The notes below the pieces were generated by a model. That model was not told the DNA's origin, did no database searches, and worked only from the letters and a program-made list of their open reading frames with translations. Both the position numbers and the translations under genes were made by a program. Shown here piece after piece: positions 17,007-26,438 of a DNA stretch of 64,000 bases (position 1 is the first letter of the stretch; the number at the start of each line of letters is the position of its first letter). The stretch comes from a virus. The DNA is taken from the IMG/VR virus record IMGVR_UViG_3300024496_000012. One strand, 5' to 3'.

Positions 17007-17758
17007 AATCGATCATTCGGAGGTTGTCGAAAATGCATATCATCAAAGTTACGCAGAGCTTCCATTTTAGTTTGCTGTACATTTAACCAAGAGAATGTGT
17101 TAATGGACCATTCTTGATCAGGAAATAGTTTACTGAGATATCCAAAATGCTGCTTAGGGCTTGGATGATAGTCTGCACTTTGATGTCCTTCTTTGCTTAT
17201 AGGATGTTGTGGCCAAACACCGTTACATTCTAAAGTTAAAATGTCAGGAAGTATAGCATCTAAGGTATCCTTATAATATTGTCTTAGCTGCGTTAGTTTA
17301 TTTCTTTCTGTTGTTGTCTTGGCCTCTATCGTCAACGGAGACATGTTTAACATATAGTAATCGATTCCCAGATTATCTAAAAGATTTTTACTGAGTGTTA
17401 TCATATTGATATCACGTAACAAATAACCGAAATCATCTGAAAACTTCATCACAAACTGTTCATCGTAATAGTTTTGTGTATAGATATTTCCGGGGGTAAG
17501 CCATGTACCATTAATATACCTATCTTCTCTAGATACTGAACTCCACATTACCATTACGAGATCGTCTTTGTTAAACTTATGTCTCTGATGTGCTTCTGTA
17601 AGCTGGCAAGCTATAAAAAGATTACCGCCACCGCTCTGTGCATAGTTTCTGTATTCAGGTATCTCTCTTCCTATAATGTCTGCCCAAGTCGGCCAGCCAT
17701 AAGCAGTCATACTACATCCAAAAGCAAAAAATCTCTTATACTTTTTAAAATCAATCAT
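17003..17758 (-). CDS. SGNH/GDSL-fold acyltransferase or esterase
   Basis: FAFGCSMT (block I), NYAQSGGGN (block II) and C-terminal DYHPS (block V). Confidence 0.7.
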   Translation of the reverse strand: MIDFKKYKRFFAFGCSMTAYGWPTWADIIGREIPEYRNYAQSGGGNLFIACQLTEAHQRHKFNKDDLVMVMWSSVSREDRYINGTWLTPGNIYTQNYYDEQFVMKFSDDFGYLLRDINMITLSKNLLDNLGIDYYMLNMSPLTIEAKTTTERNKLTQLRQYYKDTLDAILPDILTLECNGVWPQHPISKEGHQSADYHPSPKQHFGYLSKLFPDQEWSINTFSWLNVQQTKMEALRNFDDMHFRQPPNDRL

Positions 17759-19022
17759 TAAAATATTTTCCTGCGATATTTATGGTATCTACTAGATCTT
17801 CATGATAGAAATCTCTGCTGGCAGAAAGTTTAAGATTATGTTCTATAATAGGCATAGAATCGATAATGCGTCTTATTTTTTCTTCTCTAGGTAATGATAT
17901 CCAATCTTGCAACACTTGGTGTGTAGCATAAAATCTTTCTGTATGATCTTCAATATCATTATATGAGGGATCGATACCATTGAAATGTATATTAAAACCA
18001 AGCTCCTCGAGAGCTCGAAGAGTTCCTGCAGCAGCAAGTACAATCATCGGATGACCGTACGCCAAAGCCTTATATACTTTTTCTGTAAGAAACACAACAT
18101 CTTCGTCAAACTTAGTTTCTGTAATAAAACTCATGAGACTATTTTTAAAAATGTCAGGGTTCACAGAGTTTGCGGCATTGTTTACAGACCAATCACCATC
18201 AACAAATATAGGATAGTTCTTTGATAATACCCTTTCAAAGGATTTCAAGTCTACAGAATCACCTAATATTTTAAGAGGTTGGTGTTCTTTAAATTTTATC
18301 TCATTGGCACTAACTATGCCGCTTGACAGCATTCCGGACACTGCTAAATGATATAGATGCGCACTGCGATGATGTTTATATGTTCTGTTAAGACTATTGT
18401 AATCTTTAGCCAATGGGTTATGTATTGACTCGTATACTATTGGAACCGCAGGAGGTTGATGACCTCTATCTATGAAAATCCTACTGAAATGATTTGAATA
18501 TTTTACATCAAATATTTTCGGAAGCCCCGTGTCTATCAACCATGATTCATATTGTTGTTCAATCTTTTTATTTCCCTGTATTATCATTACAGAACCTGCA
18601 GGCAAACCTTGTTTTTTCATAGCCTTGTAGGTAGAGAGAAATCCATCTTTTTTTGCAAAAAATGACCCGTCGTTAACAAACATGGATCCGCCTTCTCTAT
18701 CTGCTGATATGATTATCTTAATCTGTTTTGTTCTAGCTAAATCTAAAATATTTTGTGGCAGGCATCTCAGGACATGTTTCTTTGGAACATCCGGGCCTTG
18801 AGCCATACCTGCCCACCAAACTGGATCACCGTTGACTTCTATAAAATACAGTCCGGGTTCTCTGATATGATTGATACCGAAATATGGTATCCTAAGATTT
18901 CCCAGTTCTGTTTTAAGTCTAGATCCAGGTGATGTCAACCAAAAATCGTTATCGCCGTTCTTTGAAAGGCTAACACAGTTAGGACTTGTAGGATGAAAGA
19001 CATCGTCAAAATATATTTTCAT
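17751..19022 (-). CDS. Putative glycosyltransferase, GT10-like C-terminal motif (paralog 3)
   Basis: YNSLNRT.K.HR; SFITETKF..FLTEKVYKAL..HPMIVL..GTL..L..LGF...SY.DIED..ERF. Start is ATG 19022 (alternatively GTG 19031). Confidence 0.5.
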   Translation of the reverse strand: MKIYFDDVFHPTSPNCVSLSKNGDNDFWLTSPGSRLKTELGNLRIPYFGINHIREPGLYFIEVNGDPVWWAGMAQGPDVPKKHVLRCLPQNILDLARTKQIKIIISADREGGSMFVNDGSFFAKKDGFLSTYKAMKKQGLPAGSVMIIQGNKKIEQQYESWLIDTGLPKIFDVKYSNHFSRIFIDRGHQPPAVPIVYESIHNPLAKDYNSLNRTYKHHRSAHLYHLAVSGMLSSGIVSANEIKFKEHQPLKILGDSVDLKSFERVLSKNYPIFVDGDWSVNNAANSVNPDIFKNSLMSFITETKFDEDVVFLTEKVYKALAYGHPMIVLAAAGTLRALEELGFNIHFNGIDPSYNDIEDHTERFYATHQVLQDWISLPREEKIRRIIDSMPIIEHNLKLSASRDFYHEDLVDTINIAGKYFND

Positions 19023-20196
19023 AGAATCCACTTAACTCAGGAAATGTTTCTACAAACTTCCTATTCCTAATGGAATCATAGTAATCTGTATGATGCTTAA
19101 ACTGTTTCTGTAGATCAACATTTACCACAGAAGATTTTAAGTGTCTAATAACATTTTCTATCTGAGACTTTATATGCCCATTATACTGTCTATCTGAAAG
19201 TTTTTCAATAGCCAGCATCCTAGTTTTATCATCAAAAATGCTGAAACTATAGAAATCTGGATTGATCAAAGAATAAAAGCTGGCTGTGGTTTTTGAATCT
19301 ACAAGTTTATTTTGAAATAGGTAATCAATAAACTCCGGTAATGTCAATACATTAAAAATAGAAACTACTGATGCTATACCAAAATAAATGTGAGGACATT
19401 CAGATTTGACTGTTAAAATATTTTCTTCTATCTTCTTCCAGTCTGTTCCTTCCCTAATATATTCTGCTCTATCACTCCAGCTGTCTAAGCTAACATTGAG
19501 ATGTACATTAGAAAACTTCTTCCACATTTCTAACACTGATTTATTTTTAAAATGCAATGAACTTAGATTTGTGTTGTATCTTATTTTTATGTCAGTATTA
19601 TTTGTTTCAATGAGATACTCTAGCATATCATAATGCTTATCCATCAACAAAGGTTCGCCACCTGCAAAATATATTTCCTTAACTCCGGTTATATGAGGTT
19701 TAAGTTCTTCATAAAGTTTATCGTTGTTATCTCCTCCGGCAAAGATATAAACTGGTTTTTTGTTTCCATTCTTGTTATCTTCTGTGGCCCAACTAGAACT
19801 ATAGGTGCTAGAACAGCTTCTGCATTTAAAGTTGCAGATATTACTCCACCGTATATCCAAATATTTTAAATCCATTTCGTCAAGAGATCCGTCTACATTA
19901 GTCTTATTAACCAACGGTATGTATTCTGCATAATCTCTATTGACTGATTGTCTAAAACTATTAACTCCTGAATCTTCTGCATGATAACAAGACTGACACT
20001 CGTCACATCTTTTACCAGATAGCATATTCAACCGCATGGTTCGATATTTTTCACTATTCCAAACATTCAGAATAGATTCTTTTTGCACATTGCCTAAAGG
20101 CTTTCTATGATTACCGATGCAGCAAGGCAAAACGTTTCCATCAGGGTTGGCATAAAAATGTATCCACGGCAATATGCAGAATGTATTAGAGGTCAT
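19006..20196 (-). CDS. Radical SAM protein with N-terminal twitch/SPASM Fe-S domain
   Basis: FCILPW...PDGNVLPCC...CQSCY, followed by WSNICNFKCRSC, FAGGEPLL and YNTN. Confidence 0.88.
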   Translation of the reverse strand: MTSNTFCILPWIHFYANPDGNVLPCCIGNHRKPLGNVQKESILNVWNSEKYRTMRLNMLSGKRCDECQSCYHAEDSGVNSFRQSVNRDYAEYIPLVNKTNVDGSLDEMDLKYLDIRWSNICNFKCRSCSSTYSSSWATEDNKNGNKKPVYIFAGGDNNDKLYEELKPHITGVKEIYFAGGEPLLMDKHYDMLEYLIETNNTDIKIRYNTNLSSLHFKNKSVLEMWKKFSNVHLNVSLDSWSDRAEYIREGTDWKKIEENILTVKSECPHIYFGIASVVSIFNVLTLPEFIDYLFQNKLVDSKTTASFYSLINPDFYSFSIFDDKTRMLAIEKLSDRQYNGHIKSQIENVIRHLKSSVVNVDLQKQFKHHTDYYDSIRNRKFVETFPELSGFYENIF

Positions 20197-21133
20197 TTAT
20201 CCACTCCGCTTTGCGTAAAATATATTGAGACCACATTAAATGCGCATACTCATTAGGATGATGTGAATGTAAAAAGTTTCCGTGAATAAAATTATTAGAT
20301 TTTTCTATTAGATCAACTTCTCTCTTTATATAAGGAAGCTCAAACTTAATGAACTTATACAAAGATGATTTCATAATATCGTCTAACCATCCTATAGAAT
20401 AAAATGACGGAGAAAAAATTCGATTTCCTAATATCTTAGATGAATACTCTATCCAAGTAGTATCAATAATCTTAAACTTATTATTCTTGAAGGTCGTGTT
20501 TATCCTACAGAAGTTTTTCCAAAGAACGGCATCGATATATACATTCTTATATTTTGACAATATATCATTGTATTGAGTAAAAAATATTTCATCATATTTT
20601 TCTAACCAACACTCAAAAGTCATGGTCTTATCTGATTTCATTAAGTATTTTAAAGGATGATCGGTTTGCTGAACTTTATTATTGATGGCGTTTTCTCTAG
20701 AGGGCTCAGTCATCTGCATAGAAACATATATCTTAGAATAACCGAGCGTAGTTACATAATCCATGACCCTTTCTAGCTCAGAAAACATATAAAAGTTGCA
20801 GTTGCCCGGAACCGCATATTGATAAAGATCACAGTTAAGAGCGATGGCCATCCTAGGACCATAACAGTATTTTAGTTGAGCAGGAAGATTATATCTTTCT
20901 ATACCTGTGGCAATTCCTTTCAATGTTTCACCATAGGTCCAACTTTCACCTATTACAACCAACAGTTCGGTTTTATTTCTTTTAATAAAAAACTCTGTAT
21001 TTTTAGCAGGCTTTTCGACCCAGTCAGGTTTTAAATTTTCATCATTATAGATGATAGAATCAACCCCATCTAATATATCGCAGTCACTTTTAAAAGATAG
21101 GTCGTCATGTATGTATTTTTTTCTAAGCTGCAC
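20186..21133 (-). CDS. SGNH/GDSL-fold protein
   Basis: VVIGESWTYG, YAVPGNCN and C-terminal HHPN..AH. Confidence 0.55.
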   Translation of the reverse strand: MQLRKKYIHDDLSFKSDCDILDGVDSIIYNDENLKPDWVEKPAKNTEFFIKRNKTELLVVIGESWTYGETLKGIATGIERYNLPAQLKYCYGPRMAIALNCDLYQYAVPGNCNFYMFSELERVMDYVTTLGYSKIYVSMQMTEPSRENAINNKVQQTDHPLKYLMKSDKTMTFECWLEKYDEIFFTQYNDILSKYKNVYIDAVLWKNFCRINTTFKNNKFKIIDTTWIEYSSKILGNRIFSPSFYSIGWLDDIMKSSLYKFIKFELPYIKREVDLIEKSNNFIHGNFLHSHHPNEYAHLMWSQYILRKAEWINDL

Positions 21134-22490
21134 TACATAACTCCATAAAATCTATAAGCAAAGGAAATGTAGATCTAAAATCTGTTCCTCTGCGCAGATC
21201 GTATTCTTTAAACCAGTTGTAAAAGTCTCTACGACCTTCGTTAATTTTTTCTTCGCTATATTTTGCAGTTTCCATGTAATGGACCACACGCTTAAACTTT
21301 TCTAGTTCATAATCGCTAAACTTAGTACGATCATTATTATCTAGATTATTTTCGATAAACTTTAAATGATTGTACATAAAAGGCATAAACTGATCTTTGG
21401 GCAATATATTCATGTCATATTGTAAAGGTTCTTTTAAGAACGGTGTATCAAATCTAACACGTTGCCATTTATTTTGATCTGTTCCATTATACTTAATGCG
21501 CCATTCAATGATCTTTTCTAACAACGATTGAAAGTTTGTAACTGTTAGTATGTTAAAAGTTATCATGAAAGTGATAGGCAAAGAAGTTCTAGTTAGATAT
21601 TCATTTAGATTTCTTTCCCAAACAGTTAGATCTAGACCAGTACGTATATATTCGGCCTGAGGTCCCCATGTATCAATGCTTGTGAATATTTTAAAATCTT
21701 TGATTTTTTTATTTTCAACTAGGTTGTTAACTTTTTCTATTAAACGATCTATCAAAATAGGTTTGACACCAAAGTTGGTGTTGATGTTTAGTTCCAGATT
21801 AGGCAAAGGATTTTTTTCAAGATCCTCTAACAACCTCCATGTACTCTGCTGTATTAGAGGTTCGCCGCCTGTGATACGCAAGATAGTTAATGTCTTGCGT
21901 ACTTCGGGCCACCAACGCCACCATGCTTCCACATAAGGATTATCCTCTTCTTCATAGATCTTAAACCAATCAATGTCATTTCTATGATTCTTTACCATAG
22001 TATAAGGACCGTGATCTTTGATCTCTTTATAATAACTACTACTGTGTTTAGGATGGCAATACCCGCATTTAAAGTTACATTCGTTGCCAAATGATATTTC
22101 AATATACTGTGGATTTATATTTTGATCCCAATCCCCGTCCTTGATTTGTGCAAATCTTTCGGGCGTGTAGATAGTAGAGTTTCGTTCTTTACGATCACTA
22201 ATATAGTCCTCGCCCATTGCTTCGATATTCCAGCAATAGTTACAACCGCTAGGTTTTCCTCCATTGAGCATTTCAAGACGTTCATGTTTCTTTTGATTTG
22301 TGTTATGCAGAGCACCTGGATCTATAATGATTTCTTCTAAAGAGATCTTGTGTGGCGGCGGATGATAACAACTATGGGTTTCTCCGGTCTGCAAATAGAT
22401 AGTGGTATGGTGCCATTTAGCTAGACAAAAGGTAGGCGATATTTCATTCATTATAGGAATGAATTTTTTAATCCTCGATATGTCGTTCAT
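21123..22490 (-). CDS. Radical SAM protein with N-terminal twitch/SPASM-like domain
   Basis: FCLAKW...GETHSCYHP...GCNYCW, followed by FGNECNFKCGYC, ITGGEPL, NTN and TSIDTWG. Confidence 0.88.
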   Translation of the reverse strand: MNDISRIKKFIPIMNEISPTFCLAKWHHTTIYLQTGETHSCYHPPPHKISLEEIIIDPGALHNTNQKKHERLEMLNGGKPSGCNYCWNIEAMGEDYISDRKERNSTIYTPERFAQIKDGDWDQNINPQYIEISFGNECNFKCGYCHPKHSSSYYKEIKDHGPYTMVKNHRNDIDWFKIYEEEDNPYVEAWWRWWPEVRKTLTILRITGGEPLIQQSTWRLLEDLEKNPLPNLELNINTNFGVKPILIDRLIEKVNNLVENKKIKDFKIFTSIDTWGPQAEYIRTGLDLTVWERNLNEYLTRTSLPITFMITFNILTVTNFQSLLEKIIEWRIKYNGTDQNKWQRVRFDTPFLKEPLQYDMNILPKDQFMPFMYNHLKFIENNLDNNDRTKFSDYELEKFKRVVHYMETAKYSEEKINEGRRDFYNWFKEYDLRRGTDFRSTFPLLIDFMELCSAA

Positions 22491-24081
22491 TGAACTTTTC
22501 CTCTAGCCATGCAAAATCATTTATCTTTTTAAGAGCTTCTATATTATTTCTATTTTCATAACCATAGTCTCGGCCTTGTCTAGCACCGTCTAAAGCATAT
22601 TTGTCTATGGTTTCTGTGCACCATACATCTAATCTCTGTTGTGTTTCTTCGTCAACTTGTCCTGTAATAATCCTGCTCGATAACTTAGAACATTCTCTAA
22701 ATGCCGATTTCCAACTATTGAATGGATCTGTATTAAACTTGTTGATGTTTGATACTTCTGGCATGGCTCTAAACCTACCAGAAATACTAGTGGTCATATC
22801 TGGATTGTCAACCTTCATATCTAGTGTTAACTTCGTCGGGAGGAGTTTGACACCACCGTTTCCGTATTCAAGACCGTTGACTTCGTTACGACTACGCCAT
22901 ACAAAAACAATATCTTGATCTACTTTTAAGGGTCGATGATCAAAGTTAAAAGATTCTAATACCTCTGCATCAGCATCAACTACCCAAAACATAGGTGTAG
23001 AAACCTGCTTCGCAGCTTCTATGTGTGCGTTGTGTATCCCTTTAACACCGTCAATACGTTTTATATCTCTCTTAACTTTTTCCTGCAGCTTCTGATAATG
23101 TTTATCGGCATACGGTTCGTGATATGAGATAAAAACTATATCAAAGTCTTTAGGTTGACTGGCAACTATGTCTACTTCTTTCTTTGTATGAAAGAATCGT
23201 TTTTCAATCTCTCGACGTGCATACACATTCCTTTTAGGAAACAAACATATTCCATCAAAGTTATTTCCGTTTTTGAAAATATGTACTATCGTTTGATTAT
23301 ACTTGGGTACCTGATAGCTAAAATCAAAGTCGTTAGGTTTGACATCATTCCATACAGCATAAAACATGTCTGTCTCAGAAGTTTTTAATGCATTCTGATA
23401 ATCTTCGTAACTTGAAATATTAAAAACTTCAAAAGACCTCGGAGTGCTGGCTAAGATGTCTACTTCTTTTTTATTTGTGAAAAATCTATTATCAAACTCA
23501 CGCTTGGTTATCTTTTCATTCCTAGAAAATAAACATATGCCGTCATAATACTCTCCGTTCTTAAAAACATGAGTAATGTTTCTGTGAAAGCTATCGTAAG
23601 CAGGAACATAATAATCAAAATCAAAATCTACATCGATGTCATTCCAAACCGCCCAAAACATTTCAAGATTTGAATGTTCGACAGCATACAGATAATCATC
23701 GTATGACTTAATATAGAAAACTTCAAAAGGAATAGGATTACTGGCCACAATATCTATTTCTTTTTTATTCATAAAGAATCTGTTTTTAAACTCTCTATTA
23801 GAAATGGATATTGTTTTGTTTATAAGACATATACCATCATAGGTATTTTTATTTTTAAAAACATGGGTGTATTCTTCATCCCATTTTGTTGCTCGATAAC
23901 TGTTCAGATTAAAATCAGAAAGTATAAGATCATCCCATATTAACCAAAACATCTTAGTAAAAGATTTTTTCTGTATCTGATCTATAGACATATTTTTGTC
24001 AAGGCGTTGAGCATTAGGATATCTCCTCTTTAGAGTTTCCCATTGTTCACCCAGACCACCAAAGAAAAATATATCATACAT
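22468..24081 (-). CDS. GT-A-like glycosyltransferase with three N-terminal ~90-aa tandem repeats
   Basis: C-terminal domain DIVFISY.EP...GVKGIHNAH...FWVVDAD (DxD)...YGNGGVKL...F.SWKSAFRE, preceded by repeats FW.VW.D...HVFKN...DGICL...RFF..KKE.DI.AS.P. Confidence 0.6.
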   Translation of the reverse strand: MYDIFFFGGLGEQWETLKRRYPNAQRLDKNMSIDQIQKKSFTKMFWLIWDDLILSDFNLNSYRATKWDEEYTHVFKNKNTYDGICLINKTISISNREFKNRFFMNKKEIDIVASNPIPFEVFYIKSYDDYLYAVEHSNLEMFWAVWNDIDVDFDFDYYVPAYDSFHRNITHVFKNGEYYDGICLFSRNEKITKREFDNRFFTNKKEVDILASTPRSFEVFNISSYEDYQNALKTSETDMFYAVWNDVKPNDFDFSYQVPKYNQTIVHIFKNGNNFDGICLFPKRNVYARREIEKRFFHTKKEVDIVASQPKDFDIVFISYHEPYADKHYQKLQEKVKRDIKRIDGVKGIHNAHIEAAKQVSTPMFWVVDADAEVLESFNFDHRPLKVDQDIVFVWRSRNEVNGLEYGNGGVKLLPTKLTLDMKVDNPDMTTSISGRFRAMPEVSNINKFNTDPFNSWKSAFRECSKLSSRIITGQVDEETQQRLDVWCTETIDKYALDGARQGRDYGYENRNNIEALKKINDFAWLEEKFNERHIED

Positions 24082-24985
24082 TTTCGTTCATCTGATAATA
24101 TGTTAGACCCAGATTAATAGTTTCGTCATATAGATCTAGCGTATATTTGCTCTGCGCCGCATCAAGCCAAGGCCAATCGAGACCAAGTTCATGCTTGATT
24201 TGTTCTCCTAAATCTTTGATAGCTTCTACGAGACCTTCACCATTTACTTCTTCATATGGTCGGCCATACTGATTCCATATTCCTCTTAGTATTTCAAAAT
24301 CTCTAACATCTACATAGTTCCACTGAGTGCAGTTGGTCATCCATGTTCCCAATCTAGCTCCATAGACTGCATAGATACCATTTTCTTCATGTGCTCCTAC
24401 GGTTGACCACATACGGAGTCTATGTATGTTATGCCACCATATCTGCTGCTTGATTTCCTGTGGAGGAACTTTTACTCCATCGAGCAAGGTCATCTTGACA
24501 CCTTCACGAAATCCTGCTCGCCAGGCTTGAAAAGGTGAACCTGTAATAACGCTTTCAGAATACACTCTAGGAAAATTACGATATCCATCTTCCCAACAAA
24601 AATCTACCTGTGCTCGTTCGCTTTCTGCGTTTTCATGAGTACGCATGTTTAGAACAAAATCTTTACGCCAGATTTTTAAACCACCATTGCCATATCGTAG
24701 TCCATTGATAGAGTTCCTTCCGCACCAGCCGTAGACCTGTATCTTAGGATCATCCATCTTAAGATCGAGATTGAAGAAGTCAGGATTTACGATGTTATCT
24801 GCATCTACAGTTATAAACCAATCAGTTTCTGATAACTCTGCTGCGGCTTTATGTGCATGATCACTGCCTTTCACACCATGTATTCTTTTTGCCCAGGGCA
24901 CTTTATTACACAAATCTGCATAATGAAGATCTGCATTCGGTTCGTCATAACTTAGAAACACTACGTCAAACTCAATGACTTTCAT
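24074..24985 (-). CDS. GT-A-like glycosyltransferase (paralog of the 22468 C-terminal domain)
   Basis: FDVVFLSYDEP, GVKGSDHAH, FITVDAD (DxD), YGNGGLKIW and F.AWRAGFRE. Confidence 0.6.
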   Translation of the reverse strand: MKVIEFDVVFLSYDEPNADLHYADLCNKVPWAKRIHGVKGSDHAHKAAAELSETDWFITVDADNIVNPDFFNLDLKMDDPKIQVYGWCGRNSINGLRYGNGGLKIWRKDFVLNMRTHENAESERAQVDFCWEDGYRNFPRVYSESVITGSPFQAWRAGFREGVKMTLLDGVKVPPQEIKQQIWWHNIHRLRMWSTVGAHEENGIYAVYGARLGTWMTNCTQWNYVDVRDFEILRGIWNQYGRPYEEVNGEGLVEAIKDLGEQIKHELGLDWPWLDAAQSKYTLDLYDETINLGLTYYQMNENV

Positions 24986-25602
24986 AATATCTCCAATACA
25001 TAACTCTTAAATATTCTTCTAGTATACACACTGAACTTTTCAGGAAGATTAATATTTTCAAATATCTTTGCCTGACCTACTAGTTCATCTAATCTCACAG
25101 ACAGCATCTTGATTAATACATTAGGATCGTTATAATCAGTCAATAAGAAATTCATCAATGTGTCTCCGCCCCAATGTACTGAACGCTTTGGTCGTGGTTG
25201 GAACTCTTCAGCCTGTATATACGTTCCATTTAAATCTTCAGTCAACTCAATCTTTAATGTTTTAGAAGTAGTATCATAGGTAATATAGATATCGGGTATT
25301 TCTACACCAGACCATCTTTTATCTATTACTCTATGGACAACATCGTCTATCTTGAAAACAGATTTCATTTCTGTTATTTCAAGACTATCACCCATCGGAT
25401 CAACAAAACAAGAATGTATGCTAATAGTACCCTTTAAGATTAACTCAGCGATTTCTGTGTCAACAAATACTTTAAACTTCTCATCTGGAAATGCAGACTT
25501 AGGCCCAACGCTGATAACTTTGCCAGTATCCTTGTCATAGACTGCGACATATCTTACTTCAGGAACTTCGTATTCTGAAAGCCATTTATCAAAATCGATC
25601 AT
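24982..25602 (-). CDS. Hypothetical protein
   Basis: ORF coupled by ATGA overlaps; start moved from 25611 to 25602. Confidence 0.7.
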   Translation of the reverse strand: MIDFDKWLSEYEVPEVRYVAVYDKDTGKVISVGPKSAFPDEKFKVFVDTEIAELILKGTISIHSCFVDPMGDSLEITEMKSVFKIDDVVHRVIDKRWSGVEIPDIYITYDTTSKTLKIELTEDLNGTYIQAEEFQPRPKRSVHWGGDTLMNFLLTDYNDPNVLIKMLSVRLDELVGQAKIFENINLPEKFSVYTRRIFKSYVLEIL

Positions 25603-26438
25603 TTCTTCCATGCTATTTCCTCAAGTATATTGATAAGCTCAGGAGTAATAGTATCCTTTTCAACATAGTGAACTATATCGTGCTGTTGATAGTTTCCTAT
25701 TTTTAACTGTCCTTTTCTATTAAGATAAAACCCTACATGGTCTGTTACTGTGTCAGCAGGCCAAGGCCAGTTTTGTACCATCGGTTTCATATGCACTACT
25801 CTAGGAAACTCTAGGTCATAGGCGATCTCATCCGCAATATCTAGTATCTTAGCTGCCAATGAGAAAGCTTCATCTGTTCCTAAAACTTTAGGTTTTAGTT
25901 TTGATAGATATACATTTGAAAATTGTAAAGGATTTTTTATGATATGTCTACCTAAAGAAAAGAATTCTTTAGCCATCTCACTATCACGTTTAAAAAAAGT
26001 ATAAAAGCTATAAAGATTTGGCAGTTCGTTTTTTGTAAAAGTTCTTCTATACTCATCAGAAGTTATTTTTTCACCTCTATAAGTAAACCCTTTATTGGCT
26101 ACATATAACTCAGTGTTTTCTAAAAAATAATCAATCCAATGACTGTAATCTCTTAAAAATAACATATCAGCGTCTAGACAAACCGTTGCGTCAAAAGGAC
26201 TTAATCGATCCATCCAAGAACGCCCATCCCAAAATGTTTCTTCATTCCATTCAATAATATGATCAAAAACCCATTTAGATTCGAATCTATCGAGATACAT
26301 CTTGTCATCGATCACCAGTGCTACTTTATCATACCCTTCTTTTTGAGTGTTCTTTATACTCAGGGCAAGAGCATATGCCATCTGAGAATAATCTGCTTTA
26401 TCTGACGTTGACACGATTATAAGATAACCAAAGTTCAT
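25599..26438 (-). CDS. GT8-like / nucleotide-diphospho-sugar transferase
   Basis: GYLII..MAYALALSIK; LSPFD.TVCLDAD (DxD); GTDEAF..A. Confidence 0.6.
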   Translation of the reverse strand: MNFGYLIIVSTSDKADYSQMAYALALSIKNTQKEGYDKVALVIDDKMYLDRFESKWVFDHIIEWNEETFWDGRSWMDRLSPFDATVCLDADMLFLRDYSHWIDYFLENTELYVANKGFTYRGEKITSDEYRRTFTKNELPNLYSFYTFFKRDSEMAKEFFSLGRHIIKNPLQFSNVYLSKLKPKVLGTDEAFSLAAKILDIADEIAYDLEFPRVVHMKPMVQNWPWPADTVTDHVGFYLNRKGQLKIGNYQQHDIVHYVEKDTITPELINILEEIAWKK

